Assembly: GCA_041662565.1 (NCBI GenBank)
Contig: JBAZSE010000002.1
Coordinates: 155,244-219,243, forward strand
DNA from: Patescibacteria group bacterium
GTDB lineage: Bacteria; Patescibacteriota; Patescibacteriia; UBA1558; UBA10009
Reading direction: 5' to 3'
Length of the DNA stretch: 64,000 bases
Shown here: positions 48,947-59,149 of the stretch, piece by piece
Layout of the letters: every line of letters begins with the position of its first letter
Position numbering within the stretch: position 1 is the first letter of the stretch
The notes under the pieces: generated by a model
Databases searched by the model: none
What the model was told of the DNA's origin: nothing
The model's input: only the letters and a program-made list of their open reading frames with translations
Translations under genes and position numbers: made by a program

Positions 48947-51316
48947 ATGCCTAAAAATTCCAAGAAAAAAAACAAACGGGATAAGGAAATTGAAGAAGAA
49001 GCCGAGGCCTCGCCGCTTTTAGCCACCGAGACCAAAAAAAGCATTTTAATTATTATCATCTTTGTTTTGGCCGCCCTTTCCATCCTGTCGTTTTTTGATT
49101 TAGCCGGCCAATTGGGCAACCTGTTACACGAAGCATTAAACTCTCTTTTGGGCTGGGGCGCCATTACCTTGCCCCTTGTTTTACTGCTCTGGGGCTATTT
49201 TTTGCTCTTGCCGGAAAAATACGCTATTTCTACCAGCAACTATGTGGGCTTATTCTTTTTGGTTTTGGGCTATTCGGGCATTTTACAATTCATTAAAGAT
49301 GCCGGCCAAGCAACTACCTGGGAAAGTGGTTTAGGTGGTGGGTATGTTGGCTACTTTATTTATCTGCCTTTGGAAAAATTCATGGGTTCACTGGCCTCAT
49401 TCTTGGTTTTAACGGCTATTTTTTTAATTGCTTTGCTTTTGTCTTTTAATACCACTTTGGCCAGCTTGCTGAAAAAAATCAATATCTTTAATTTATTTAA
49501 AGGCAAAATCAGCCGTGATCAAGAAGAAACCGATTGGCAAAACGATCAAGAAGATTGGATTGAAGGAGAAGAAACAATTGAAGACGAAAGTGTCCAAAAT
49601 TTACCTGATGAAGAAGCAACTGCAGGCGAAGTATTTAACAAGAAAAAAATTCCAGCCACAGCAGTTGCCAACCAAGTAAAAGATGTTTCCGATATTAAAG
49701 TTACTTTTTCTAAAAATCGCCCGAGAAGGGTAGAAGTTCCTCTAACTTTATTGGATGGCCGAACAGGCAAACCAACTTCCGGCGACATTACTGCCAATGC
49801 CCAAATTATCAGTTCCACTTTGGAAAATTTCGGTATTCCGGTAGAAATGGGTGAAATAAATGTTGGTCCTACCGTTACTCAATTTACCCTAAAACCCAGC
49901 GAGGGTATTAAGCTTTCGCGCATTACTGCCCTGCAAAACGATCTAGCTTTGGCATTAGCCGCTCATCCAATCAGAATTGAAGCTCCAATCCCAGGCAAAT
50001 CATTAGTTGGCGTAGAAGTGCCCAACCAAAAAATCGCCATTGTTAAGCTTAAAGATATTATTTCGAGCCCGGAATTTCAAACCAAACGCGGACATTTAAA
50101 AATCGCTCTGGGCGAAGATGTTTCCGGCAAATCCTGGGTGGTCAGTTTATCTTCTATGCCCCATTTGCTGATTGCCGGTGCTACCGGTTCGGGCAAATCC
50201 GTTTGCATTAACAATGTAATTATCAGCTTGCTCTACCAATACACGCCCGATCAATTAAAAATGGTTATTGTCGACCCCAAGCAGGTGGAGTTAACCAACT
50301 ACAACGGCATCCCTCATTTGCTAACACCGGTTATTACCGAAGTTGATAAAACCATTAACGCGCTTAGATGGGTGGTTAAGGAAATGGATGAACGATTCAA
50401 GGTTTTAAATAAAGCCGGCAAAAGAAATATCGAGGCCTACAACGAATCGGTTTTGGTTAATCGCCTGCCTTTTATCGTGGTAATTTTGGATGAGTTGGCC
50501 GACTTAATGGCCGTAGCTGCCAGAGATGTAGAAGGGGCAGTGGTTAGGTTAGCCCAAATGGCGCGGGCCGTGGGCATTCATTTGGTGGTAGCCACCCAAC
50601 GACCTTCGGTTAACGTTATCACAGGTTTGATTAAAGCCAATATTCCGGCCCGCATTGCTTTTGCCGTGGCCAGCCAAGTTGATTCCAGAACCATTTTGGA
50701 TTCCTCGGGCGCCGAAAAACTTTTAGGCAAAGGCGATTTGCTGTTTACTTCGGCCGAAGTTTCTAAACCTCGTCGCATCCAAGGCGCGTACTTAACTGAT
50801 CCGGAAATAGAAAGGGTAATTGATTTTTGGAAAGAACAAGGCCAACCCGAATACAACGATTCCATTACCGAAAGCCAAGGCCATAGCAGTATTCCGGGCG
50901 TTGGCGTTTCCAGCGACAGCGATGAACTGTTTGAAGAAGCCAAAGATATCGTTATTCGCGCCGGCAAGGCCTCGGCTTCGCTGTTGCAAAGGCGTTTGCG
51001 TGTTGGCTATGCCAGAGCAGCCCGCCTTTTGGATCTGTTGGAAGAACAAGGCATTATTGGCCCGGGCGATGGCGCCAAATCCCGAGAAATTTTAGTTAAT
51101 GATAACGATTATTTGCATATTCCTGCCGAAACAACTTCAAAATATGTTGTTGATGAACCGGAGGAAGTTGAAGAAGAAGAAACAAATAGCGAGGATGAAG
51201 AAGCATCCGATGAAACAGAAGAAGAAACGGAAGTTGATGAAGAAGAAATCGAAGAAAGTAATGAGGAAAAAGTAACAGAAGAAGAGGAAAAAGAAATTGA
51301 AAACAAAAACTCATGA
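48947..51316 (+). CDS. ftsK: DNA translocase FtsK/SpoIIIE
   Basis: N-terminal TM helices, Walker A GATGSGKS, a gamma winged-helix domain (LLQRRLRVGYARAARLLDLLEE) and an acidic tail. Confidence 0.85.
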   Translation: MPKNSKKKNKRDKEIEEEAEASPLLATETKKSILIIIIFVLAALSILSFFDLAGQLGNLLHEALNSLLGWGAITLPLVLLLWGYFLLLPEKYAISTSNYVGLFFLVLGYSGILQFIKDAGQATTWESGLGGGYVGYFIYLPLEKFMGSLASFLVLTAIFLIALLLSFNTTLASLLKKINIFNLFKGKISRDQEETDWQNDQEDWIEGEETIEDESVQNLPDEEATAGEVFNKKKIPATAVANQVKDVSDIKVTFSKNRPRRVEVPLTLLDGRTGKPTSGDITANAQIISSTLENFGIPVEMGEINVGPTVTQFTLKPSEGIKLSRITALQNDLALALAAHPIRIEAPIPGKSLVGVEVPNQKIAIVKLKDIISSPEFQTKRGHLKIALGEDVSGKSWVVSLSSMPHLLIAGATGSGKSVCINNVIISLLYQYTPDQLKMVIVDPKQVELTNYNGIPHLLTPVITEVDKTINALRWVVKEMDERFKVLNKAGKRNIEAYNESVLVNRLPFIVVILDELADLMAVAARDVEGAVVRLAQMARAVGIHLVVATQRPSVNVITGLIKANIPARIAFAVASQVDSRTILDSSGAEKLLGKGDLLFTSAEVSKPRRIQGAYLTDPEIERVIDFWKEQGQPEYNDSITESQGHSSIPGVGVSSDSDELFEEAKDIVIRAGKASASLLQRRLRVGYARAARLLDLLEEQGIIGPGDGAKSREILVNDNDYLHIPAETTSKYVVDEPEEVEEEETNSEDEEASDETEEETEVDEEEIEESNEEKVTEEEEKEIENKNS

Positions 51317-52026
51317 CCAGTTTTATTGCCAAAAAATTATCCGCCCAAAAAAACTTGCCCGAAGTGCTTAAGGCCGAAAGGCAAAAAAGCAATTTAACTT
51401 TGGATGAATTATCATTGCAAACCCAGGTTTCGGTTAAATATTTAGAAGCCCTGGAAAACGGCGATTATCATTTATTACCCGGCGATATTTACACTCATGA
51501 ATTCTTAAAAAAAATCAGCAAATATTTTCATTTAAACGAAAAATCCCTTTACCAAATTTACCAAGCCGAAAAAAACAGCCAATTGGTTTTGCCCACTTTT
51601 AGAATTCAAACCAATTCTTCGCTCAACGGTCATTGGTTGTCGGTAAAAAATTTCAGAACTTTGCTGGCGATTTTGGTTTTAATGGCGTTAACCGGCTATT
51701 TTGGTTGGGAAATAAAAAATATCTATACCCCGCCGGCTTTGATTGTTTCTTCTCCGGCTAGCGAAACAGTTACTACGAATTCCACCATGGAAATTACCGG
51801 CCAAACCGAACCCGAAGCAGCCATAGCCATTAACCAGGAAAAAATATTGGCTTCTCCCGATGGCAGTTTTAACCAAACAGTAAATTTAACAGTTGGCTTG
51901 AATGTTTTTAAAATTTCTACCAGTAAAAAACACAGCAAAGAAAACAGCGTGACTATTTCCATTCTTCGTGAAAGCACTGTTTCCGGCGATCTTAACCGCC
52001 AAGACCAAACCCTAACCGTTTTTTAG
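51313..52026 (+). CDS. RodZ-like HTH membrane protein, tentative
   Basis: An N-terminal HTH (LTLDELSLQTQVSVKYLEALE) and a single TM helix. Its start overlaps the ftsK stop. Confidence 0.45.
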   Translation: MTSFIAKKLSAQKNLPEVLKAERQKSNLTLDELSLQTQVSVKYLEALENGDYHLLPGDIYTHEFLKKISKYFHLNEKSLYQIYQAEKNSQLVLPTFRIQTNSSLNGHWLSVKNFRTLLAILVLMALTGYFGWEIKNIYTPPALIVSSPASETVTTNSTMEITGQTEPEAAIAINQEKILASPDGSFNQTVNLTVGLNVFKISTSKKHSKENSVTISILRESTVSGDLNRQDQTLTVF

Positions 52027-52117
52027 ATTAAACTTCTCCAACTTGCTTTTTTAGACGATACCTGGTATTAAATATAGGTCAGGGTCTCTTTATAATTAAG
52101 AGGGTCAAAAGGATAAT

Positions 52118-53173
52118 ATGCCAAAAGAAAAAAAAGAGAAAGAAAGCGAGGAGGAACAAAGGTATCCTTCCCGGGCCGACCAAACTACGGCCGAAAAATC
52201 AACCGCCGCTACTCAGGCGATTGACCAAATCCGCTCGCGTTTTGGCGAGGGTTCAATTATGAAGCTGGGCGAAGCCAAGCAAATGCAGGTAGAAGCCATT
52301 CCTACCGGCTGTTTATCGCTGGATATCGCACTTGGCGTGGGCGGGGTGCCCAGGGGCAGGATTATTGAAATCTACGGGCCAGAGGCCTCGGGTAAAACAA
52401 CTCTAACCCAGCACATTATTGCCGAAGTCCAAAAACTGGGTGGCACAGCGGCGTTTATTGATGCCGAACATGCCTTGGATCCGGAATACGCCAAAAAAAT
52501 CGGCGTTAAAATAGATGATTTGTTAATTGCCCAGCCCGATACCGGCGAACAAGCCTTGGAAATTGCCGAAACTTTGGTTAGATCCAATGCCGTTGATGTG
52601 GTGGTAATTGACTCTGTGGCGGCTCTTGTTCCTAAGGCGGAAATTGAAGGCGACATGGGCGATTCGCACATGGGCTTGCAAGCTCGGCTAATGAGCCAGG
52701 CCTTGCGCAAGCTTTCGGGTATTGTTTCCAAAACCAATACCGTGGTTATTTTCATTAACCAGATTAGAATGAAAATCGGCGTCTTTTTCGGCAACCCGGA
52801 AACAACCACCGGTGGCATGGCCTTAAAATTCTACTCTTCAGTTCGAATTGAAGTGCGTAGAGCCGCGCAAATTAAAAAAGGCGAAGAAATAATCGGCAAC
52901 CGAGTTAACTGCAAAGTAGTTAAAAACAAAGTCGCCGCGCCGTTTAAGAGCACCCAGTTTGATATTATGTATAACGAAGGCATCAGCGTTTCGGGTGATA
53001 CTTTGGATACCGGCATTCAGTTTGGCATTATAGAAAAATCCGGCAACACCCACTCGTTTGGTGAAATCAAATTAGGCGTTGGCCGCGAAACCGCCAAAGA
53101 ATTCTTAAGAGATAACCCCAAGCTAATCAAGGAAATTAAAAAGAAGGTTTGGGAAAAGGTAAAAACCAGTTAA
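52118..53173 (+). CDS. recA: Recombinase RecA
   Basis: [28 protein letters not shown] and the L1/L2 loops. Confidence 0.95.
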   Translation: MPKEKKEKESEEEQRYPSRADQTTAEKSTAATQAIDQIRSRFGEGSIMKLGEAKQMQVEAIPTGCLSLDIALGVGGVPRGRIIEIYGPEASGKTTLTQHIIAEVQKLGGTAAFIDAEHALDPEYAKKIGVKIDDLLIAQPDTGEQALEIAETLVRSNAVDVVVIDSVAALVPKAEIEGDMGDSHMGLQARLMSQALRKLSGIVSKTNTVVIFINQIRMKIGVFFGNPETTTGGMALKFYSSVRIEVRRAAQIKKGEEIIGNRVNCKVVKNKVAAPFKSTQFDIMYNEGISVSGDTLDTGIQFGIIEKSGNTHSFGEIKLGVGRETAKEFLRDNPKLIKEIKKKVWEKVKTS

Positions 53174-53218
53174 AATGATTTGCGTAAAAATTTAGATATC
53201 GCTATTAAAAGCGAACGT

Positions 53219-53246
53219 AGGGGCTGGTTTAAAACCAGCCCTTTTG
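53219..53246 (+). terminator. Intrinsic terminator of recA
   Basis: GGGGCTGGTTTAAAACCAGCCC followed by TTTT. Confidence 0.6.
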
Positions 53247-53321
53247 TGAAATTTATTTTATTTACAAAATAAAAAATTCCCCGCTCCAAGGTTTGCCAAG
53301 AAGCGGGGTTTTGAAATATAT

Positions 53322-54206
53322 TTACCAGGAGAAGGTAAGGCCTAAACCTTGCGGGGTTGGGCCAACCGAATAGCTGGGAGTACAGACAGCACTGTTCGGA
53401 AAGAACAGCACTTCATATACAATAACTCCAGTGAGAGATAAGGCGCCAACCCCGATATCACCATCACGGAATCCGTTCGCGCCCCAAAACGGAACATCGC
53501 CTGAGCGCAAATAGCCGTTCATTTCCTCCCAGGCAACCAGCGTGGCAGTAATGCCCAACACCCTCCAGCCCAGATGCATATAAGGCCTAAGATGAGCGTT
53601 CATCCACCAAGGCCCGATAAAGGAAACCTCCCCGTTAAAATCAGAGAGGACGTGTTGAACCCCGCCTTGTTTGCCAGGAATTTTTACCCACTCGCCGGAG
53701 TGATTTGGAAAGGCCTCGCCTTCAACAAGAAAATTGTAAGACATGCACAAACCAACCCAGCTGACTCCGATTACGACGGCGGTTTCCACTTTAGGCCACA
53801 ATTCTTTTAGGGGCCTAGCGCAGTATATGCCGTTTCTAATCGTTGGATCTTCCGGAAACCATAAGGTCCAGCCAATCCCAACGCAATCAGCGCCCAGATC
53901 CCACCAGCTCCAGCCGTCGCCTCCGGCCATGCCATGAGTTTCCCATGGATAATAAGCATCTTTGACTTCATTTAAGATGCCAACACCCAAAGAAATACCG
54001 GCACCTGCCCACTTGTTTTTGAGAATGTCTGTCCATTCTCGGGCTAACCACGAATAGAACAAAGCGTGGGTAAGTTTGTCGGTGGTGCGCCAGTCATCCT
54101 GAGCCCACCTAAACTTGCCGGTTTCCGGCTTTAAGCCAAGATCGCCGGCTTGGCCAAGATTAGTGCAAAAGAGCACCAACACCACAAGTACCATTATCCT
54201 TCTCAT
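53322..54206 (-). CDS. Hypothetical Trp-rich secreted protein (orphan, about 55% GC)
   Basis: The signal peptide is MRRIMVLVVLVLF and the protein has 20 or more Trp residues. A GC hairpin with T-run terminator lies at 53279-53308. Confidence 0.45.
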   Translation of the reverse strand: MRRIMVLVVLVLFCTNLGQAGDLGLKPETGKFRWAQDDWRTTDKLTHALFYSWLAREWTDILKNKWAGAGISLGVGILNEVKDAYYPWETHGMAGGDGWSWWDLGADCVGIGWTLWFPEDPTIRNGIYCARPLKELWPKVETAVVIGVSWVGLCMSYNFLVEGEAFPNHSGEWVKIPGKQGGVQHVLSDFNGEVSFIGPWWMNAHLRPYMHLGWRVLGITATLVAWEEMNGYLRSGDVPFWGANGFRDGDIGVGALSLTGVIVYEVLFFPNSAVCTPSYSVGPTPQGLGLTFSW

Positions 54207-54311
54207 TTTCTTCTCCAGAATTTTTGATGTAAATGATGCAAATTAATATAATTTACTCAAAATTAAACCATTTGTCAAGACACGATAAACAAGGTAAAAT
54301 GGCTATAATAT

Positions 54312-55727
54312 ATGCAAAACTTAACCAAATCTATTGCCAGCAACACTTTTTGGCAGATTTTAGGCAAGATTGTAGGCACAATAATTGGCCTGGCAACCAT
54401 AGGCTTACTAACCCGCTACTTGGGCAGCGAGGGTTTTGGCTACTACACTATGGCCTTGGCCTTTATGCAGTTTTTTGGCGTCTTGGTTGATTTGGGCTTG
54501 TATTTGATTTGCTTAAAAGAAATGGCCGCCAATCCCCAAAACGAACAGAAAATTTTTAATAATATTTTTACTTTACGAATTATTTCCGCCATTATTTTGC
54601 TAGGAGGCGGTTGTTTATTAATTTTTGCTTTTCCTTATCCAACACAAGTTAAGTGGGCCGCCGTGATTGTTTCTTTATCTTTCTTTTTTGCTTCTTTAGT
54701 TCAAACCTTAACCACGGTTTTCCAAAAATACTTAAAAATGGGGTTGGTGGCGTTGGCCGAAGTTTTGGGTCGACTGGTTTTTTTCTTAGCCACGATTTGG
54801 TTTATTTTTTATCAGGCCGATTTAATTACCTTAATGTGGGGCAATGTTTTAAATACTCTGGTTTATTTTTTAATTTTGTGGATTTTAATAAAAAAATATA
54901 TCAAAATTACCTGGGCCTTTGATTTTAGTTATTGGAAAATAATCTTACAAAAAACCTGGCCCATTGCTTTAGGTATTGCTTTCAACTTGGTTTATTTTAG
55001 GGCCGATACGATTATTTTATCTTTATTTAAACCAGCTCTTGATGTGGGAATTTACGGCGCGCCCTACAAAATTTTAGAAATTATTACCACATTTCCGCAC
55101 ATGTTTATGGGTTTAATTATGCCCCTCTTAACCGCAGCTTGGATCAGCCAAAACTTGGAACGCTTTAAAAACGTAATGCAAAAAACCTTTGATTTTTTTA
55201 TCATCTTAGCCGTGCCTATGGTTTTGGGTACCATTCCCTTGAGCAACAAAATTATGACCCTAATTGCCGGGCCGGAATTTATTGCTTCCGGAGCCGTACT
55301 ACCTGCGCTCATGCTAGCAACAGGGATTATTTTTATGGGTATTTTGTTTACTTACTGCCTGGTAATTTTGGATAAGCAAAAAAACATGCTCAAATACTAC
55401 TTTTCCGCTGCTGTTTTGGCCTTAATCGGCTACTTTATCTTTATACCACGCTATTCCTACTTTGGTGCTGCCTGGGTAACAGTGATTATTGAACTGTTTA
55501 TCGCCTTAAGCGCTTTTGCTTTAACTTATAAATTTTCCCGCGTTTCCTTATCCTTTAATATTTTTTGGAAAGCACTCTTGGCTTCAATAATTATGTTGGT
55601 ATGTCTGAATTTGTTAATCAATTGGCCGATTATCTGGCTGGTTTTAACAGGCATAATTGTTTACACTTTAGTAATGATGGCGATAAAAGGCATTAATAAA
55701 CAATTATTAGGTAGCATTTTAAAATAA
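54312..55727 (+). CDS. Polysaccharide flippase (Wzx/MOP superfamily)
   Basis: Twelve or more TM helices and an N-terminus typical of O-unit flippases. Confidence 0.7.
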   Translation: MQNLTKSIASNTFWQILGKIVGTIIGLATIGLLTRYLGSEGFGYYTMALAFMQFFGVLVDLGLYLICLKEMAANPQNEQKIFNNIFTLRIISAIILLGGGCLLIFAFPYPTQVKWAAVIVSLSFFFASLVQTLTTVFQKYLKMGLVALAEVLGRLVFFLATIWFIFYQADLITLMWGNVLNTLVYFLILWILIKKYIKITWAFDFSYWKIILQKTWPIALGIAFNLVYFRADTIILSLFKPALDVGIYGAPYKILEIITTFPHMFMGLIMPLLTAAWISQNLERFKNVMQKTFDFFIILAVPMVLGTIPLSNKIMTLIAGPEFIASGAVLPALMLATGIIFMGILFTYCLVILDKQKNMLKYYFSAAVLALIGYFIFIPRYSYFGAAWVTVIIELFIALSAFALTYKFSRVSLSFNIFWKALLASIIMLVCLNLLINWPIIWLVLTGIIVYTLVMMAIKGINKQLLGSILK

Positions 55728-55733
55728 AATATC

Positions 55734-57056
55734 GTGATGCTTTATTATTTCTTAATTATTTTATTCTATCTTTGCTTTATTTATCTTGGCTTTAAAAATT
55801 TTAAATTAGGCATTTATTTAGTTTGTTCTCTTTTGCCAACTTATTTAATCCGTTTTGCCGTTTTTGGCTTGCCAATGACTCTACTTGAAGGCATGATAAT
55901 AATTTTATTTTTTACTTGGTTGATAAAAGAAAAAGTCAGTTGGAATCCCTTGGTTTGGCTTAAAAATATTAAAGAACAAAAACTAAAGATTGAAGATCAC
56001 AATGTAATTCCCAAAATTTTACGCTGGCCGATTATTTTACTCTTGGTCGCCTCAACTATTTCTGTTTTTGTGGCACCAAACTTTGAACCTGCGCTCGGTA
56101 TTTGGAAGGCCTATTTTATCGAGCCGATCATGTTTTTCTTGATTTTTGTTTACAATATTAAAACCAGGGCGGAAATTAAAAATGTTATTCGTGCTTTAGG
56201 TATCACGGTTGTGGCTATCGGAATTTTTGCCATAATCCAAAAACTTACCGGCAGTTTGATCCCCAATCCTTTTTGGGCGGCGGAAGAAACCAGACGCATA
56301 ACAACTTTTTTTGGTTATCCTAATGCCAATGCTTTATTTGTTTTACCTATGATTTTTTTAACCTTATATAATCTGTTGACTGATAAAAAATTTTGGCTGA
56401 TTTGTTTTAATGTTTTGATTATAATTTTGGGGATTTTAACCGTCATTTGGACCGCTTCAACCGGCGCGCTTATTGGACTAGCCGTAGGACTATTTGCCTT
56501 GCTTTTGTTCTATAAAAAAACCCGCTTGCCAATATTGATTTCTTGTTTTCTTGTTTTCTTGTTTTTTGGCTTTACTCCCGCCATTCAAAATAAAATCAAC
56601 AATTCACTCTACCTCGCCTCTCAAACCAAACTGCCGTTAGTGCCAACCGATTTACAAATGCGTTCACAAATGTGGCGCGAGACCTTATCCATGCTAGCTG
56701 ACCGTCCGCTGACTGGCGCTGGGCTATCTGGCTATCAAACTACTGTTTCACCTTTTCATGTAAACCAACATATTGAAATTTATCTGTATCCTCACAACTT
56801 CTTTCTAAACTTTTGGACAGAAACCGGTTTGCTGGGGTTAGTTGCTATTACCTGGCTCTTAATCGCTTTCTTTACATTAAGCGCTAAAAAGCCAGATTCA
56901 TTGACTTTTATAGCTATTTCTGGTATGATAACTCTTCTGATTCATGGTTTGGTTGATGTTCCTTACTTTAAAAACGATTTAGCAATTTTATTTTGGATCA
57001 TTGTTGGAATAGCAATTGTTTTATATAATCAAAAAGATTTTGGAAGGGTCGCATAG
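55734..57056 (+). CDS. O-antigen ligase/polymerase-like (Wzy/WaaL family) membrane protein
   Basis: Multi-TM with a large periplasmic loop. Its 3' end overlaps tRNA-Ser by about 15 nt. Confidence 0.55.
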   Translation: MMLYYFLIILFYLCFIYLGFKNFKLGIYLVCSLLPTYLIRFAVFGLPMTLLEGMIIILFFTWLIKEKVSWNPLVWLKNIKEQKLKIEDHNVIPKILRWPIILLLVASTISVFVAPNFEPALGIWKAYFIEPIMFFLIFVYNIKTRAEIKNVIRALGITVVAIGIFAIIQKLTGSLIPNPFWAAEETRRITTFFGYPNANALFVLPMIFLTLYNLLTDKKFWLICFNVLIIILGILTVIWTASTGALIGLAVGLFALLLFYKKTRLPILISCFLVFLFFGFTPAIQNKINNSLYLASQTKLPLVPTDLQMRSQMWRETLSMLADRPLTGAGLSGYQTTVSPFHVNQHIEIYLYPHNFFLNFWTETGLLGLVAITWLLIAFFTLSAKKPDSLTFIAISGMITLLIHGLVDVPYFKNDLAILFWIIVGIAIVLYNQKDFGRVA

Positions 57057-57132
57057 TTGGTCGAGTGCGGTGCTCTCGAAAAGCACTAGATCCGAAAGGA
57101 TCTCGTGGGTTCGAATCCCACCCCTTCCGCCA
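57042..57132 (+). tRNA. tRNA-Ser (CGA) with long variable arm
   Basis: The acceptor is GGAAGGG/CCCTTCC, the anticodon loop CTCGAAA, and the variable arm AGATCCGAAAGGATCT. CCA is encoded. Confidence 0.85.
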
Positions 57133-57220
57133 TCGCCACGCTGAAGCGTGGCTAAGGCGTGACGAAGTCCGCCGTAGCCATGCGAAAGCGGACATGTAAT
57201 AAAATAAGAAAAGCGATAAT

Positions 57221-57466
57221 ATGTTTTTTGTTTACAGCTTAAAATGCAAAGATGGATTTTACATAGGTTGCACTAATAACCTAAAAGACCGGCTAGAAAG
57301 ACATCGTCGAGGCAACGTACCGGCAACAGCAGAACGCTTGCCTGTAAAACTTGAATTTTATTTGGCAATTACTGATAAATATAAGGCCTTTGAATTTGAA
57401 AAATACTTAAAATCGGGATCTGGTCGCGCATTCACAAACAAACACTTAGCACAATTGCTAAAATAA
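57221..57466 (+). CDS. GIY-YIG nuclease-domain small protein
   Basis: FFVYSLKCKDGFYIGCTNNLKDRLERH is a GIY-YIG motif. Confidence 0.7.
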   Translation: MFFVYSLKCKDGFYIGCTNNLKDRLERHRRGNVPATAERLPVKLEFYLAITDKYKAFEFEKYLKSGSGRAFTNKHLAQLLK

Positions 57467-57470
57467 TTAT

Positions 57471-57722
57471 ATGGCCAAAAAGAGAATCCTCGCCGGAACC
57501 ATACACAAACTCCCAATGGACTTACAAAAAGCCCTTATGGCCACGCCTGTAGCGCAAACAACTTGGCAAGATATCACGCCGCTTTCGCGCAATGAATGGA
57601 TTTGCTGGATTACCTCCGGGAAAAAAGAAGAAACAAGAAATATACGTATCCAAAAAGCACTATCAAAGCTTGCAGGAGGCATGCGTCGGCCTTGTTGCTG
57701 GCCCGGCTGCCCGCATCGGTAA
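57471..57722 (+). CDS. YdeI/OmpD-associated family protein, tentative
   Basis: The pattern LPxDLxxAL...W.TSGKKEETRNIRIQKAL resembles that family. Confidence 0.45.
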   Translation: MAKKRILAGTIHKLPMDLQKALMATPVAQTTWQDITPLSRNEWICWITSGKKEETRNIRIQKALSKLAGGMRRPCCWPGCPHR

Positions 57723-57729
57723 AATATTT

Positions 57730-58497
57730 ATGACAAAAATCAACCCTTATTACCGCTATTTTTCTAAAGATGGAATTAGAGCCGAAATTCTAAAAAAAGT
57801 TATTTCTTCAATCCCTGCTAAAACAAAGATTTATGTTATTGGCGGCGGCGCCAGAAATGCTATTTATTATGAATTATTTAAAAAATCTTTGCCTCAAAGG
57901 GATTTTGATTTGTTGCTGATCGGCGACTTAAAAAAGTTTACCGATACGCTCAGGAAAAAATACGGTTTTACTTACGGCAAAATTAACAGAAAACATGATG
58001 TTGTTTTAAAAAAGAAATTAATACCAAAACCAAAAATAGTTACCGATTATCTTGTTTTGGACATTCATCAAAATACCGAGCCGAGTATTTTAAAAAATTT
58101 ACAAGACAACGCCGCTTTCAGCATTAATGGCTTTGCTATTCCTTTAAAAAACTATTTGGATAAAAAGATCAAAAAACATCTTATTGCCTTACCGCGAGCC
58201 ATTAATGATTTAAGAAATCATCGCTTGCGTTTAAATTCAATTAAATTCCAAAAGCACCCCGGCAATCTTTTTGCTTGTTTGCGATTTATGTCACTTAATT
58301 TTACTCCCCCACCTAAAAAAGAAGTTGCCCTATTGCTGGAGCAATTGCCGCATTTGGAAAAGTGGCGCTTCGCTAGAAATGTTAAAAAGGTTTTTAATTA
58401 TGTCGGCGGAGAAAAAAGAGCCAGACAACTTGTTAAAAAACTCGGAATTAAAATTGATATTTTTGATTTTAATAAATTAAAAGTTTTGAAAAAATGA
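57730..58497 (+). CDS. Pol-beta-superfamily nucleotidyltransferase (CCA-adding-head-like), uncharacterised
   Basis: The motif GGGARN...RDFDLLLIGD is present. The ATG at 57730 is preferred over the out-of-context upstream start. Confidence 0.4.
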   Translation: MTKINPYYRYFSKDGIRAEILKKVISSIPAKTKIYVIGGGARNAIYYELFKKSLPQRDFDLLLIGDLKKFTDTLRKKYGFTYGKINRKHDVVLKKKLIPKPKIVTDYLVLDIHQNTEPSILKNLQDNAAFSINGFAIPLKNYLDKKIKKHLIALPRAINDLRNHRLRLNSIKFQKHPGNLFACLRFMSLNFTPPPKKEVALLLEQLPHLEKWRFARNVKKVFNYVGGEKRARQLVKKLGIKIDIFDFNKLKVLKK

Positions 58498-59132
58498 AGT
58501 TATTTTTATTCGGCGGGGCGGAAACATCTTTAAATCAAGTCGGACCGGAAATAAAGCTGATTGGCCAAGTTATAAAAAAACTTAAAGTTAAACAGGTTTT
58601 ACATATTCCTTTTGCCAGAACCACCACCAAAGAGCACTCCTGGAGTGGTGATTGGTTTCATAGAAATATTAAACTAAAAGGTGTAACTTATTTAAACGCC
58701 AAAAACGAAACAGATATTGCCAAAGCTAAAAGGCCTTTAATTTTTGTTAGCGGTGGCAGTGAGCATGTTAATTTGTTGAATCAAATAAATTCCAACCCCA
58801 AACTTTTAAAACTTATTAAAAACGCTCGCTACTATATTGGTGAATCAGCCGGTTCCATGATTGCAGGCACATATCAAAGATCCGGACGCCTGGACGGACG
58901 CCGGAGAATAATTAAAGGCCTTAACCTAGTAAAGAATACCATTATTGCCGTACATTATACCGAAAGAAAAATGCAACCTATATTAACTCGTAACATGAAA
59001 AAAACCAAGGTTAAATATGGTATTGGCATCGATTGTGTAACTGCACTGGAATTTGAGTTAAAAGATTGGCCTAAAAAATTCAACACTATCGGCAACGGCA
59101 TGGTAGAAATTATAACAAAATCCAAAAAATAA
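58494..59132 (+). CDS. Peptidase S51 family (dipeptidase E / cyanophycinase-like)
   Basis: LIFVSGGSEH and the nucleophile motif GESAGSMIAG. The start overlaps the preceding stop. Confidence 0.55.
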   Translation: MKLFLFGGAETSLNQVGPEIKLIGQVIKKLKVKQVLHIPFARTTTKEHSWSGDWFHRNIKLKGVTYLNAKNETDIAKAKRPLIFVSGGSEHVNLLNQINSNPKLLKLIKNARYYIGESAGSMIAGTYQRSGRLDGRRRIIKGLNLVKNTIIAVHYTERKMQPILTRNMKKTKVKYGIGIDCVTALEFELKDWPKKFNTIGNGMVEIITKSKK

Positions 59133-59149
59133 TTTATTTAATATTTTTT

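Noticed and set aside
57592-57729. The upstream extension of the nucleotidyltransferase ORF (start at 57592) overlapping the YdeI-like gene
   Set aside because: It would overlap the preceding gene by about 130 nt in another frame. The internal ATG at 57730, just after that gene's stop, gives a compact arrangement and is preferred.
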